Of a stretch of DNA of 64,000 nt, positions 39,818 through 48,994 are shown piece after piece (positions within the stretch are counted from its first letter, which is position 1; each line of letters starts with the position of its first letter). Where the stretch lies: NCBI GenBank assembly GCA_964625335.1, contig CAZVBE010000002.1, positions 36,689 to 100,688 on the forward strand, in the 5' to 3' direction. This DNA comes from an uncultured Clostridium sp. Lineage in GTDB: Bacteria > Bacillota > Clostridia > Ch29. A program made the translations under genes and the position numbers. The notes under the pieces were generated by a model. It did not search any database and had not been told where the DNA came from. It was given only the letters and a program-made list of their open reading frames with translations.

Positions 39818-40786
39818 TTGTTGACTGCTGCTTCAGTTTTGTTATTGGGAGCATCACTGGTTGTTATTCTAGTTACGATAAAATTTGCAGGAGACAAAAG
39901 ACTTGAAGAAAAATCCTGGAAAGAAAACAAACCCGAAAAAATTGAAAATCCGGGTAGCTTTAAGGATCTGAGAATACTACCATTAATTGATTATTACACA
40001 GATAATGATGACTTGGAAGGTGAGCCGGGGGTAGCCTATTTAATCAGTGCGGATAATAAAAGGATTCTTTTTGATGTGGGGTATAATCCAGCAAATGAAC
40101 ACCCGTCACCGCTCTTGGGGAATATGGGTAAGCTGGGCATAGAAACGACCGACATTGACGGTATTGTAATATCTCACAAACATGTTGATCATGTGGGCGG
40201 AATTAAGGCGGTAAGAAATAATACTTTTTTGATATCCGGGGAGGATATTGACCTGAATGGCGTGAAAGCCTTTGTGCCGGGGAAAATGTCTCATTTAACT
40301 GCGGAAATAGAGGTTACGGAAAAGCCAAAGAAAATAGCCATGGGTATTGCAACCATTGGAACTATAAACAGAGCTCTCTGGCTGATGGGGCTTACGACAG
40401 AGCAGGCACTGGCAGTAAATGTAGAAGGCAAAGGGCTTGTACTGATTGTAGGATGCGGTCATCAGAGAATAGAAAGAATTATCAAGAGAACGCAGGAGAT
40501 ACTTGACATACCGATTTACGGGGTGATAGGGGGGCTCCACTATCCAGTCCAGGCTTCAAGGATGAAGTTTGATATGCAAAGAATGCTGGGTACCGGCAAA
40601 CTGCCCTGGCAGAGGATAAAAAGAGACGAAGTGCAAGTAAGCATCGATGAATTAAAAAAGCTTGACCTAAAGCTTGTAGGATTATCGGCCCACGACAGTT
40701 GTGATTGGTCTCTGACAAAGTTCAGGGATGAATTTAAGGATAAGTATACGGATATTGTTGTAGGTAAGGAGATAGATATTTATTAA
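39818..40786 (+). CDS. membrane-anchored MBL-fold metallo-hydrolase
   Basis: N-terminal TM helix, then an MBL fold with HKHVDHVGG (HxHxDH) plus a downstream His and Asp. The start is weak (TTG, no SD). Confidence 0.6.
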   Translation: MLTAASVLLLGASLVVILVTIKFAGDKRLEEKSWKENKPEKIENPGSFKDLRILPLIDYYTDNDDLEGEPGVAYLISADNKRILFDVGYNPANEHPSPLLGNMGKLGIETTDIDGIVISHKHVDHVGGIKAVRNNTFLISGEDIDLNGVKAFVPGKMSHLTAEIEVTEKPKKIAMGIATIGTINRALWLMGLTTEQALAVNVEGKGLVLIVGCGHQRIERIIKRTQEILDIPIYGVIGGLHYPVQASRMKFDMQRMLGTGKLPWQRIKRDEVQVSIDELKKLDLKLVGLSAHDSCDWSLTKFRDEFKDKYTDIVVGKEIDIY

Positions 40787-40821
40787 TATGTCGGGTAAAA
40801 TAGTATAAAAGTAAAATATAT

Positions 40822-40852
40822 TTGACATAGTATCAAGTATATGATACTATGT
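40822..40852 (+). promoter_or_regulatory. promoter overlapping a perfect palindrome ACATAGTATC-N8-GATACTATGT
   Basis: TTGACA at 40822-27. A 10-bp inverted repeat with an 8-bp spacer lies at 40825-40852, between the -35 and -10. Confidence 0.55.
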
Positions 40853-40885
40853 GTCTGAACCAAATGATAAAGACGGGGTGATATA

Positions 40886-41095
40886 TTGAGTAAAAATCTA
40901 AAGCTTAAATCGGCCCGGGCAGCCAAGGATATGTCACAAAAGGATGTTGCCAATGCCGTGGGAGTGACAAGACAAACCATAAATGCGATAGAAAATGGAG
41001 ATTATAACCCGTCCATTAACTTATGTATCGCCATTTGCAAAGCACTGGACAAAACGCTGAATGATATTTTCTGGGAGGATGATGTCAATGAATAA
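40886..41095 (+). CDS. YozG-like XRE-family HTH transcriptional regulator
   Basis: MSQKDVANAVGVTRQTINAIENGDYNPSINLCIAICKALDKTLNDIF. TTG start after GGGGTGA. Confidence 0.75.
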   Translation: MSKNLKLKSARAAKDMSQKDVANAVGVTRQTINAIENGDYNPSINLCIAICKALDKTLNDIFWEDDVNE

Positions 41096-41534
41096 AAAGG
41101 GCTTGGATGAAATGCAGCTTCAAAGGAAGTACAAAATTGGGAACCAGGGTTTCGTGATGCTTTTATATCTTTTATTGCTCGATACGGGGCTTTACGGTTT
41201 TGGATTTAGATGGATCAGTTATCCCGCCAATGTCATGATTATTCTGACCCTTTGCTCGGGTATATATGTTGTTCGTTTGATATCTGGCAATGCTTTCGTG
41301 GGACCCTTTGCCAAAAATGAAAAGCCGGTATTAAAAGCTGTTCTTACAGCTTTATGTTCGGTTTCTGTTGCGGCGGTTATCATAGTCTTGTTAAAAAACG
41401 CAGGTTTCAGTAACGCTGGTCAGATTGATGACATGAGTGCGCCGATACTATTTATTACCGCAGCCACAGGGTTAATCATTGCGGCTGTGACAGGTGTCAT
41501 AAAAAGAAAACAGAATAGAGACGATGGGAAATAA
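41088..41534 (+). CDS. small polytopic membrane protein overlapping the regulator gene end
   Basis: About 148 aa with 4 hydrophobic helices. ATG 41088 follows GGGAGGA and overlaps the last codons of the HTH gene. Confidence 0.55.
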   Translation: MNKKGLDEMQLQRKYKIGNQGFVMLLYLLLLDTGLYGFGFRWISYPANVMIILTLCSGIYVVRLISGNAFVGPFAKNEKPVLKAVLTALCSVSVAAVIIVLLKNAGFSNAGQIDDMSAPILFITAATGLIIAAVTGVIKRKQNRDDGK

Positions 41535-41884
41535 TCCGATAATTGAAATGATGGGATCCTCATGGTACACCGAGGCATATGAAGTAGTGTCAGGCCAGTT
41601 TGTTCAGGGCTGGCATCTTGGGGGGAATGGTTTCTTGCCCTTAACGGATTGGCGTGCATAATTGGTTTATAATCTGCGAATAAACTCAATAAGGTCTGAT
41701 AAAGAAAGTATTTGAAAGGCTTCTTTTTTTGCTGCCGTAGATACCGGGACAATTATGTGCAGAATGATAATAGATGAATAGTATGCGTAATATTGTTTTG
41801 TAACCTCAAATATATTATGATTGTTTTAGATATGGTATTTTAAAGAATTGTAAATTATTAATAAAACGAGAGGGAGGCCGATAA

Positions 41885-42922
41885 ATGTACAGTTTTAAGG
41901 ACGATTACAGCGAAGGGGCACATCCGAGAATACTGAATGCTTTGACCCAATCAAACTTTGAGCAGGCCAAAGGCTATGGAGAAGACAGCTATACGCAAAA
42001 AGCGGTTGAAATGTTAAAGCAAAGGATAGGGTGTGATAACATAGATATTCACCTGATCCCGGGGGGTACTCAAACAAACCTTACTGCTATTTCAGCCTTT
42101 TTAAGACCCCACCAAGCCGCAATTGCTGCCAATACCGGCCATATACTGGTGCATGAGACAGGGGCGGTTGAAGCCACAGGGCACAAAATTATTTCGATGA
42201 AATCAGACGACGGAAAACTAACCCCTTCGCACATCAAAGCTGCACTCGATGCACATACCGACGAGCATATGGTAAAGCCAAAGCTGGTTTATATATCCAA
42301 CTCGACAGAAATCGGGTCAATATATAAAAAAGCCGAATTGGAGCAGTTAAGCAGGTTCTGCAGGGAGAACAATCTGTTTTTATACATGGACGGCGCCAGG
42401 CTGGGCTCGGCTTTGAGCTGTGAAGAGAATGACCTGGAGCTTTCCGATATTAGTACACTAGTTGATGCTTTTTATATAGGGGGAACCAAGAATGGAGCAC
42501 TCATTGGGGAAGCGCTGGTAATTTGCTGTGATTTACTCAAAGAGGATTTCCGTTTTCATATGAAACAGAAAGGCGCGCTTCTTGCCAAAGGAAGACTGCT
42601 GGGGATACAGTTTCTGGAGCTTTTCAGGGATAACCTGTATTTTGAACTGGCAAAGCACGCAAATAAAATGGCAGGTTTAATAAGAGATGAAATAGAAAAA
42701 GCAGGTTTCGGGTTTGTGACAGACTCACCGTCAAATCAGATTTTTCCAATTTTACCCGACCGTGTAGTCGCCGAGCTCCAGGAAAACTATGCTTTTTATG
42801 TCTGGGCGAAGATGGATGCGGACAGCTCTGCAATCCGCCTGGTAACCTCATGGGCGACAAAAGAGGAAGCGGTGTCTGCTTTTATAAGGGACATGAAGAA
42901 AGCACTGGAAAAGTATAGATAG
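41885..42922 (+). CDS. ltaE: low-specificity L-threonine aldolase (PLP)
   Basis: 345 aa. It starts FKDDYSEGAHPRILNAL and shows the threonine-aldolase fold-type I pattern, including a PLP-lysine region (YIGGTKNGA). Confidence 0.75.
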   Translation: MYSFKDDYSEGAHPRILNALTQSNFEQAKGYGEDSYTQKAVEMLKQRIGCDNIDIHLIPGGTQTNLTAISAFLRPHQAAIAANTGHILVHETGAVEATGHKIISMKSDDGKLTPSHIKAALDAHTDEHMVKPKLVYISNSTEIGSIYKKAELEQLSRFCRENNLFLYMDGARLGSALSCEENDLELSDISTLVDAFYIGGTKNGALIGEALVICCDLLKEDFRFHMKQKGALLAKGRLLGIQFLELFRDNLYFELAKHANKMAGLIRDEIEKAGFGFVTDSPSNQIFPILPDRVVAELQENYAFYVWAKMDADSSAIRLVTSWATKEEAVSAFIRDMKKALEKYR

Positions 42923-43017
42923 AAAAGGCATATTGCATATAAGGATATCCTGCAGTCGCCGTTTTATGCAAAAACAATTATAATTTTTACCGGTTGTGGG
43001 GAAGGAAGGAGTTAATT

Positions 43018-43419
43018 ATGAAAAGAAGGCGGGTAGTATTGTTAACTATCTTGATAATTGTTATAGGATTTGTCATTGCTGCGGCGGGAATTATGACATT
43101 TGCGAAAAAAGGGCTGGAACAACTTGCGCATACAACCATTTCAGACGTAGACCTTGCCGGGATGGAGGATGGTGTTTATACCGGCAGTTATAAAGCGTTT
43201 CCGGTTGCCGCCGAAGTCACGGTCAATGTAAACAACCACAAAATAACCGGAATTGAGCTGGTAAAACATAATAACGGCCAGGGAGCCCCGGCAGAGGTGA
43301 TACCCGAAAGAGTTGTAAAAGCTCAAACCCTGGATGTCGATATGGTTTCCGGTGCCACTTACAGCAGCAGGGTAATCCTGAAGGCCATAGAAAACGCGCT
43401 GGAAAGCGCCGGCAAATAA
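43018..43419 (+). CDS. FMN-binding domain membrane-anchored protein
   Basis: N-terminal TM helix, then the FMN_bind motif VDMVSGATYSSRVILKAIENAL. ATG 43018 follows GGGAAGGAAGGAG. Confidence 0.65.
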   Translation: MKRRRVVLLTILIIVIGFVIAAAGIMTFAKKGLEQLAHTTISDVDLAGMEDGVYTGSYKAFPVAAEVTVNVNNHKITGIELVKHNNGQGAPAEVIPERVVKAQTLDVDMVSGATYSSRVILKAIENALESAGK

Positions 43420-43441
43420 GAATTTGTTTAAGGAGGCTGTC

Positions 43442-43918
43442 ATGAAGATAGGTATGATAGTTCATTCCCATACCGGCAATACCTACTCGGTTGCCCGGAA
43501 GCTCGAGGAGAAGCTGTTAATGGCCGGACATTCGGTGAGGATAGAGCAGATAGCTCCTGTCGGTGGTGAGAAGACCAATGAAAGGGATACAACAAAAATT
43601 CAATTGATAACACATCCGGATTTATGTAGATACGATGCGCTGATATTTTGTGGCCCGGTCCGCGGAGCTTCTATTTCCCCTGTGTTAGCCGCCTGCCTGG
43701 CACAGGTTACATCATTAAAGAATAAAAAGGTAGCCTGTTTGGTCACCGAAGCCTTTCCCTACCCGTGGATGGGCGGAAACCGTGCAGTCGCACAGATGAA
43801 AAATATCTGCCAGTCCAAAGGCGGGGAAGTCTGTGGTACAGGAATAGTGAACTGGATGGGTAAGGGACGCGAAAAAAGGATCGCCAATGTGATTGAAGAT
43901 TTAAGCGGATTGTTTTAG
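43442..43918 (+). CDS. flavodoxin-like protein
   Basis: MKIGMIVHSHTGNTYSVA is a flavodoxin phosphate-binding loop. About 158 aa. Confidence 0.6.
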   Translation: MKIGMIVHSHTGNTYSVARKLEEKLLMAGHSVRIEQIAPVGGEKTNERDTTKIQLITHPDLCRYDALIFCGPVRGASISPVLAACLAQVTSLKNKKVACLVTEAFPYPWMGGNRAVAQMKNICQSKGGEVCGTGIVNWMGKGREKRIANVIEDLSGLF

Positions 43919-43971
43919 ATTGTGGCAGCTTGGGGCAGTTCTAACTAATAAAAAGTGGCATGTGCCACTTT

Positions 43972-44451
43972 TTATTGAGGGGAGTACATTCCCTTGCTTT
44001 CCATGTATTTAAAGACCGCTTCCCCGTGTTTTTGCTCCTCCTTTTGTATATGATTTAACACATCCCGGACCTGTGTATCCCTGAATTCAAATATTGCTGT
44101 GTCGTAGGTTCCCGAAACATATTTTTCCGTCATCAGTATATCGGTGCACAGGTCCTTATCGGAAGTCTGAAGGTTTACAGCGGTATTTTGCGGTTGTTGG
44201 GACTGCTGCTGTTGCTGATTTCCGCTGCCTCCGCCCTGTTGGCTGTTCAGAGCCGGGACCTGGCCGCTAAGAAGCTGATTGATTGAGTTCAGGTGCTCCT
44301 GTTCAATTTTGGCATGGTTATTGAACATATCCCTTAACTGTTGGTCGGATGCCTGATTGGCATAATTTGAATACTTTTGGATACAAATCTCCTCATGGCT
44401 TTTTTGGTCCTCAAGCAGGGTTCTTTCTTTTGAAGTTAAATTTATATTCAT
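43972..44451 (-). CDS. spore coat protein F-like (Coat_F domain) with Q-rich tract
   Basis: The Coat_F pattern is present in two half-repeats (LTSKERTLLEDQ..ICIQKYSNYANQASDQQLRDMFNNH..). The start is set at the second ATG, which has RBS GGAGGTG. Confidence 0.55.
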   Translation of the reverse strand: MNINLTSKERTLLEDQKSHEEICIQKYSNYANQASDQQLRDMFNNHAKIEQEHLNSINQLLSGQVPALNSQQGGGSGNQQQQQSQQPQNTAVNLQTSDKDLCTDILMTEKYVSGTYDTAIFEFRDTQVRDVLNHIQKEEQKHGEAVFKYMESKGMYSPQ

Positions 44452-44571
44452 AATTAACACCTCCATGATTAGTATTTTCTAAAGCAAAAAATATATCCGA
44501 ACACAAAAATAATGGTTAAATATGTTATAATATTGTACACATAAATAGCCAGGAAGGGTTGTGCATCATGC

Positions 44572-44967
44572 ATGGAGCACGAAATAAAAACTGCAAGGCC
44601 TGATGAGTTTGTAAACATTACAGGTATTGTAAGGCTGGAAGTTGAAAAAAGCGGAATCAGAGACGGGATTGCGGTTGTTTTCATTCCTCACACAACAGCC
44701 GGTGTGACTATTAATGAAAACGCGGATCCCGATGTAGTGTATGATATATTATCGGGGCTTGGAAAGGTTTTCCCGGAAAACGGGGGGTACAGGCATACTG
44801 AAGGCAATTCCCATGCACATATTAAGGCTTCGTTGATGGGTTCATCCTGTACAGTACCCATTGAGAACGGGATACTAATGCTTGGAACATGGCAGGGTAT
44901 ATATTTTTGTGAGTTTGACGGGCCGAGAATTAGGAAAATCCAAATAAGGATTATGGGAGACTGCTAA
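44572..44967 (+). CDS. yjbQ: YjbQ-family (UPF0047) protein, secondary thiamine-phosphate synthase-like
   Basis: 131 aa. ITGIVRLEVEKSGIRDGIAVVFIPHTTAGVTINENADPDV matches the YjbQ signature. Confidence 0.75.
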   Translation: MEHEIKTARPDEFVNITGIVRLEVEKSGIRDGIAVVFIPHTTAGVTINENADPDVVYDILSGLGKVFPENGGYRHTEGNSHAHIKASLMGSSCTVPIENGILMLGTWQGIYFCEFDGPRIRKIQIRIMGDC

Positions 44968-45070
44968 ATGAGCGGCCAGGGACAGCCTTTAAGTATTGCA
45001 CCCTATGTTCTGTTGCTTACCTGTTCCCGGCAAAAATATACTGCAAGCGGGAATAAAAAGGAGAGATAAA

Positions 45071-45778
45071 ATGTCACCACAAAGGCTTGATACAATAATT
45101 AAAGACTATGAGAAACTGGTAAAGGGTATTAATCAAGAGGCTATTAATAATGAGGACCGTGCCTATGGCGGAATAATCCGTGCAGGGAAGGGTAAACTTG
45201 TAGAAAGTATCACACAGGCTTTGGTGGAGATAGCATGGATTACGGTGCTTAAACAGGACCCTAATCGCCTGCGTACGGATAAGAACAAGATGAAAATAGG
45301 CATTAAAGAAGGTTATGAAAATAAAATAAAAAATAATGCGGTAAGGGAATACATTAACTTAAACAGAGATAAGCTGTTTTATAGATTTGGTACAGATGTT
45401 CATGTCTATATTGATGACAAACTGGTATTGCCCATTGAATGTAAAGCGTATACCGAAAACGCCATGCTAAAAAGAATATTGTTTGATGCTGTGCTGATGA
45501 AAGAAGCCAAGGGAATTAACAAGTATTTTTTGCTCCAGCTTGAAAGCCAGCTTGGAGGAGACTATAGTAAACATAATGGTATTACTTATGGGAGCGCGTC
45601 AACCCATGTGCTTATGTCACATGTTAATGTGGATTTGGAAATAATAACCTTGCTTGAAGGGGAGCGAAAAGTTGACAGACCGATCCATAAAGCCGAATAT
45701 TACAAGCCGTTAACCGTGGAAAGCCTGAATTATGCCGTCAATGTCTTTTCTGACGCTCTTAAATACTATATAAAATAA
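45071..45778 (+). CDS. Type II restriction endonuclease, PD-(D/E)xK fold
   Basis: GTDVHVYIDDKLVLPIECKAY has the D..(D)..E-C-K architecture. It is convergent with a DNA methyltransferase gene. ATG 45071 follows AAAGGAGAG. Confidence 0.55.
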   Translation: MSPQRLDTIIKDYEKLVKGINQEAINNEDRAYGGIIRAGKGKLVESITQALVEIAWITVLKQDPNRLRTDKNKMKIGIKEGYENKIKNNAVREYINLNRDKLFYRFGTDVHVYIDDKLVLPIECKAYTENAMLKRILFDAVLMKEAKGINKYFLLQLESQLGGDYSKHNGITYGSASTHVLMSHVNVDLEIITLLEGERKVDRPIHKAEYYKPLTVESLNYAVNVFSDALKYYIK

Positions 45779-45792
45779 GGATAGAAGGTTAC

Positions 45793-45828
45793 GACTGCCG
45801 GAGTTTCGACCCCGGCAGTTTTTTTCCT
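45793..45828. terminator. bidirectional terminator between convergent R and M genes
   Basis: ACTGCCGG-agtttcgacc-CCGGCAG then TTTTTTT. The opposite strand carries an A-run for the M gene. Confidence 0.65.
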
Positions 45829-46987
45829 ATTCAAAAATGGAAATTTGTTTGGAAATGTTTAAAAGCCGCTGCTCCGCCGTTTTGCAGTATTCCTCAGAGA
45901 TGTCAATTCCTATATAATTTCTGTCCAGCCTGTGGGCCACTGCTGTAGCCGTACCCACCCCGTTAAACGGGTCTAAAACAACGTCTCCCTTATAGCTGAA
46001 TAGCTTCAGTGCCCTTTCAACCAATTGCTCGGGAAACATTGCCGGGTGCCCGTATTCTTTCATTCGTCTTTCGGGCGCAATGCTCCATTTGGCAACAACC
46101 CATTGTTTGAATTCCTCGGCGGATATGTCGATTTTGCCGGTATCTCCCTTTTTTTTCAGGTCACCCTTGCAGAAAATCTCGATAAATTCCCAGGTATATT
46201 TCAGATATGGACTTGAAGGGCTTTTCCAGCTGCCCCATGCGGTATACTTGCAGTTATAGTTGTTCTTTTCCCAAAGGATTTCGCCCTTCCAGAGCATTCC
46301 CTTTTGAAGGAAAAAATTGCTTATAATATGATGTGTTGGTATATAATCCGAAAACAAAGGCTGTACGTTTACTATAACCCTGCCGCCATATTTCAGAACA
46401 CGGATGCATTCATTAAAAATGTCAAACAGTTTCTTAAAGTATGTATCCCAGTGTTTTGCATCATGATGATTATCATAGGACAAACCGAAATTGTACGGGG
46501 GTGAAGTGATAACTATGTCAATACAGTTATCGGGCAGCTTTTTCAAAAACTCTTCACTGTCTTCACAAAGGATTTCGTTCAGATATTCTGCCGGAACAGC
46601 GGTATTCTCATTTGAAAATATATTTGGATTGGCATTATTAATGCGCTGTTTCTCCTTTTCCTTTCTGTTTGTTACTTTTCGCTCCCTGTTAAAACCAACA
46701 AACACTCTTTTTTTGCCCTTTACCCCATAGCTGCCGATGTTTTTTATGCGTTGGATTAATTCCTGTGAAAATACCGGCTCTTCAGAACCAACCGTTTTCA
46801 TATAATCCGAAAATGCTTCAACATCCAGCTGCTTCAGATGAATCAACACTTTGTTATCCGAAATCTCTGCATAAATATCTTTTTTTAGGTATTTTGAATT
46901 TATATCATCAACAATACTTTGTATATTTAAGACATTTGATGTTTCATCCAGTTCTATTGAAATCTCTTTGTAGGATGGTTTTTCCAT
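45827..46987 (-). CDS. beta-class DNA methyltransferase (SPPY motif IV before FxGxG motif I; N4-cytosine or N6-adenine)
   Basis: DIVITSPPYNFG (motif IV) is followed C-terminally by DPFNGVGTATAVA (motif I), the beta-class order. An N-terminal extension of about 140 aa is present. The start is placed at the internal ATG 46987 (RBS AGAGAGGAA), because the ORF-track start at 47173 would overlap the divergent gene. Confidence 0.75.
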   Translation of the reverse strand: MEKPSYKEISIELDETSNVLNIQSIVDDINSKYLKKDIYAEISDNKVLIHLKQLDVEAFSDYMKTVGSEEPVFSQELIQRIKNIGSYGVKGKKRVFVGFNRERKVTNRKEKEKQRINNANPNIFSNENTAVPAEYLNEILCEDSEEFLKKLPDNCIDIVITSPPYNFGLSYDNHHDAKHWDTYFKKLFDIFNECIRVLKYGGRVIVNVQPLFSDYIPTHHIISNFFLQKGMLWKGEILWEKNNYNCKYTAWGSWKSPSSPYLKYTWEFIEIFCKGDLKKKGDTGKIDISAEEFKQWVVAKWSIAPERRMKEYGHPAMFPEQLVERALKLFSYKGDVVLDPFNGVGTATAVAHRLDRNYIGIDISEEYCKTAEQRLLNISKQISIFE

Positions 46988-47158
46988 ACTGATAATTCCT
47001 CTCTTTTTGATATAATTTATAAACTGCACTGAGTATGCCGGCAACCGCTCACTTCTATATTTTATCACAGCAAAATATGTAATACAAAGCAACAGGCAGA
47101 CTAGTAAGAATTGATTAATAATAGTATAATACCTTAAAAGGGAGAAAGAGGTGGAAGC

Positions 47159-48277
47159 GTGGTTAAACTTCAAAAACCGGGTCTGTTTTTTATTTTTTCA
47201 CTGATTGTTGCGATTACGCTGGCATCTGTTCTTCCTAACCGGATTTCCGGACAGGCCCGGCCTGTTGCAGAGGCTCAGCAGAAGCTTAAGGGGATTTCCG
47301 AAAACGAAAAGTCTGCTCTTGAAGGTCTCTTTATCCTTTTGCAGGAGATTGAAGAGATGGATAGGGAGCAGGCGGAGATTGAACCGGAAATACAAGCCAT
47401 GCAGGTGCAAATCCAAGACGTTCAAAGGAGGATTGAGCACAGGGAAAGGGATTATGATAATCAATTGGACATTTTAAAACAGGTTCTTGTAAGCTATCAA
47501 AGACAGGGGCCTGCCTCTTATCTGAAAATTCTATTAAGCGCAGAGGACCTGACTTCTTTTCTGCGCAGCATTAATATTATAAGGGACCTTACCCGGAACA
47601 CAGGTGGACTTTTGGCTTCGCTGGAGGAAGGTAAAAAGAAATTGACGGCAGAAAAGAAAAGCCTGGCGAATAGTATGGCGTTGCTGGAAGCTAAAAGGGA
47701 AGAGTTTGGAGAAGCTTTGGCCAAAAAGCTGCAGTTAAAGGAAGAGCAGGAGGCATACCTGGAATCTTTGGAGGGAGAAAGAGAGTATTACCGGGGATTG
47801 CTGGGCGATTTACAAAGCATGTGGGATGATATAAAGATTTTATTTTCGGAGATTGTGGGAGAGTTTACCAAAATTATCGGGGATGGTAAATTCCCTGTGC
47901 AGGATTTGAATTTAAGCTTTGGCTTTCTTACTGTAAAGGGAACCATTCATGAGAAAACACTAAATGATATGCTGAAAGAGCACTCAAGTCTTCCGGAGAT
48001 GATATTCCACTTTTATCCCGGAAAAACTGAAATAGAAGTTCCGGAGAAGCATCTTATCCTGACGGGAACATTTTCCGTTGAGAAGGGAAGCGCTTTGAAA
48101 TTCGAGGCGGAGGAGGGCAGCTTCTACGGTATGGAGCTGGGACCGGCATCCATTGAAGAACTGTTCCGGGACGGGTATTTATTGATTGACTTTAGCGGGT
48201 TAATGGGAGATATTACCTTGCAATCGGTAAAGGTTTATGAAGGTTATATGGAGTTTGTGGTAAAACCCGGCTTTTAG
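47159..48277 (+). CDS. membrane-anchored coiled-coil protein upstream of ftsEX
   Basis: N-terminal TM helix, an E/Q/K/L-rich heptad-like region of about 200 aa, and a C-terminal domain of about 130 aa with no family recognised. Confidence 0.55.
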   Translation: MVKLQKPGLFFIFSLIVAITLASVLPNRISGQARPVAEAQQKLKGISENEKSALEGLFILLQEIEEMDREQAEIEPEIQAMQVQIQDVQRRIEHRERDYDNQLDILKQVLVSYQRQGPASYLKILLSAEDLTSFLRSINIIRDLTRNTGGLLASLEEGKKKLTAEKKSLANSMALLEAKREEFGEALAKKLQLKEEQEAYLESLEGEREYYRGLLGDLQSMWDDIKILFSEIVGEFTKIIGDGKFPVQDLNLSFGFLTVKGTIHEKTLNDMLKEHSSLPEMIFHFYPGKTEIEVPEKHLILTGTFSVEKGSALKFEAEEGSFYGMELGPASIEELFRDGYLLIDFSGLMGDITLQSVKVYEGYMEFVVKPGF

Positions 48278-48301
48278 AAAACTGTTATGAGGGGGCAAAA
48301 T

Positions 48302-48994
48302 ATGATTGAGGCAAAGGGGGTTTCTTTAAGATACCCGGACGGAACGCTGGCGTTAAAAGGTATTGACCTGGAGGTGAAGCCTGGCGAGCTGGTGTATATT
48401 ACGGGGCCCAGCGGTTCAGGAAAGACCAGCCTTTTAAAGGTTATTATGGCAATGGAATATCCCACATCCGGTTCTCTAAAGGTACTGTGGCAGCCCGTTA
48501 CCAAAGGACAAACCGGGAGAATTAACCAAATGCGGAGGAGAATCGGCCCTGTCTTTCAGGAGTTTAAGCTTATTCGCGGCAGAACCGTATTGGAAAATGT
48601 CATGATGGGTATGCGGTTTTTAGAGGTTTCACCCCGGCAGATGAAGGAAAATGCCGGAAGTGCAATTGCCAGGCTGGGCCTGGCGCATAAGACCCATTCA
48701 TCGGTGGAAAACCTGTCCTGGGGCGAGGCCCAAAGGGCAGCCATCGCCCGGGCGGTGGCCAGGAAGCCTGTAATCATTTTGGCGGATGAACCCACAGGCA
48801 ATTTGGACCATGCCAATGCATTGAACATATTGGAGCTATTGACTTCCTTCAGGGACAAAAACACAGCTGTCATTATAACTACCCATGCAACCCATTTGAT
48901 TGAAAAGCAAAACAATGCTACCTTTATACGAATGGATGGAGGAAATATTACTATAGAACGGCGGGGAAAAGCGAATGAAGAATGCCTTGTATAA
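48302..48994 (+). CDS. ftsE: cell-division ABC ATPase FtsE
   Basis: Walker A GPSGSGKTS, signature LSWGEAQRAAIARA, Walker B ILADEPTGNLD. It is followed by ftsX. Confidence 0.85.
   Translation: MIEAKGVSLRYPDGTLALKGIDLEVKPGELVYITGPSGSGKTSLLKVIMAMEYPTSGSLKVLWQPVTKGQTGRINQMRRRIGPVFQEFKLIRGRTVLENVMMGMRFLEVSPRQMKENAGSAIARLGLAHKTHSSVENLSWGEAQRAAIARAVARKPVIILADEPTGNLDHANALNILELLTSFRDKNTAVIITTHATHLIEKQNNATFIRMDGGNITIERRGKANEECLV

Noticed and set aside
46988-47173. N-terminal 62 codons of the methyltransferase ORF as given in the ORF track
   Set aside because: This extension would overlap the divergent coiled-coil gene start by 15 bp and has a hydrophobic, low-information translation. The internal ATG at 46987 has a proper RBS and leaves a normal divergent promoter region.
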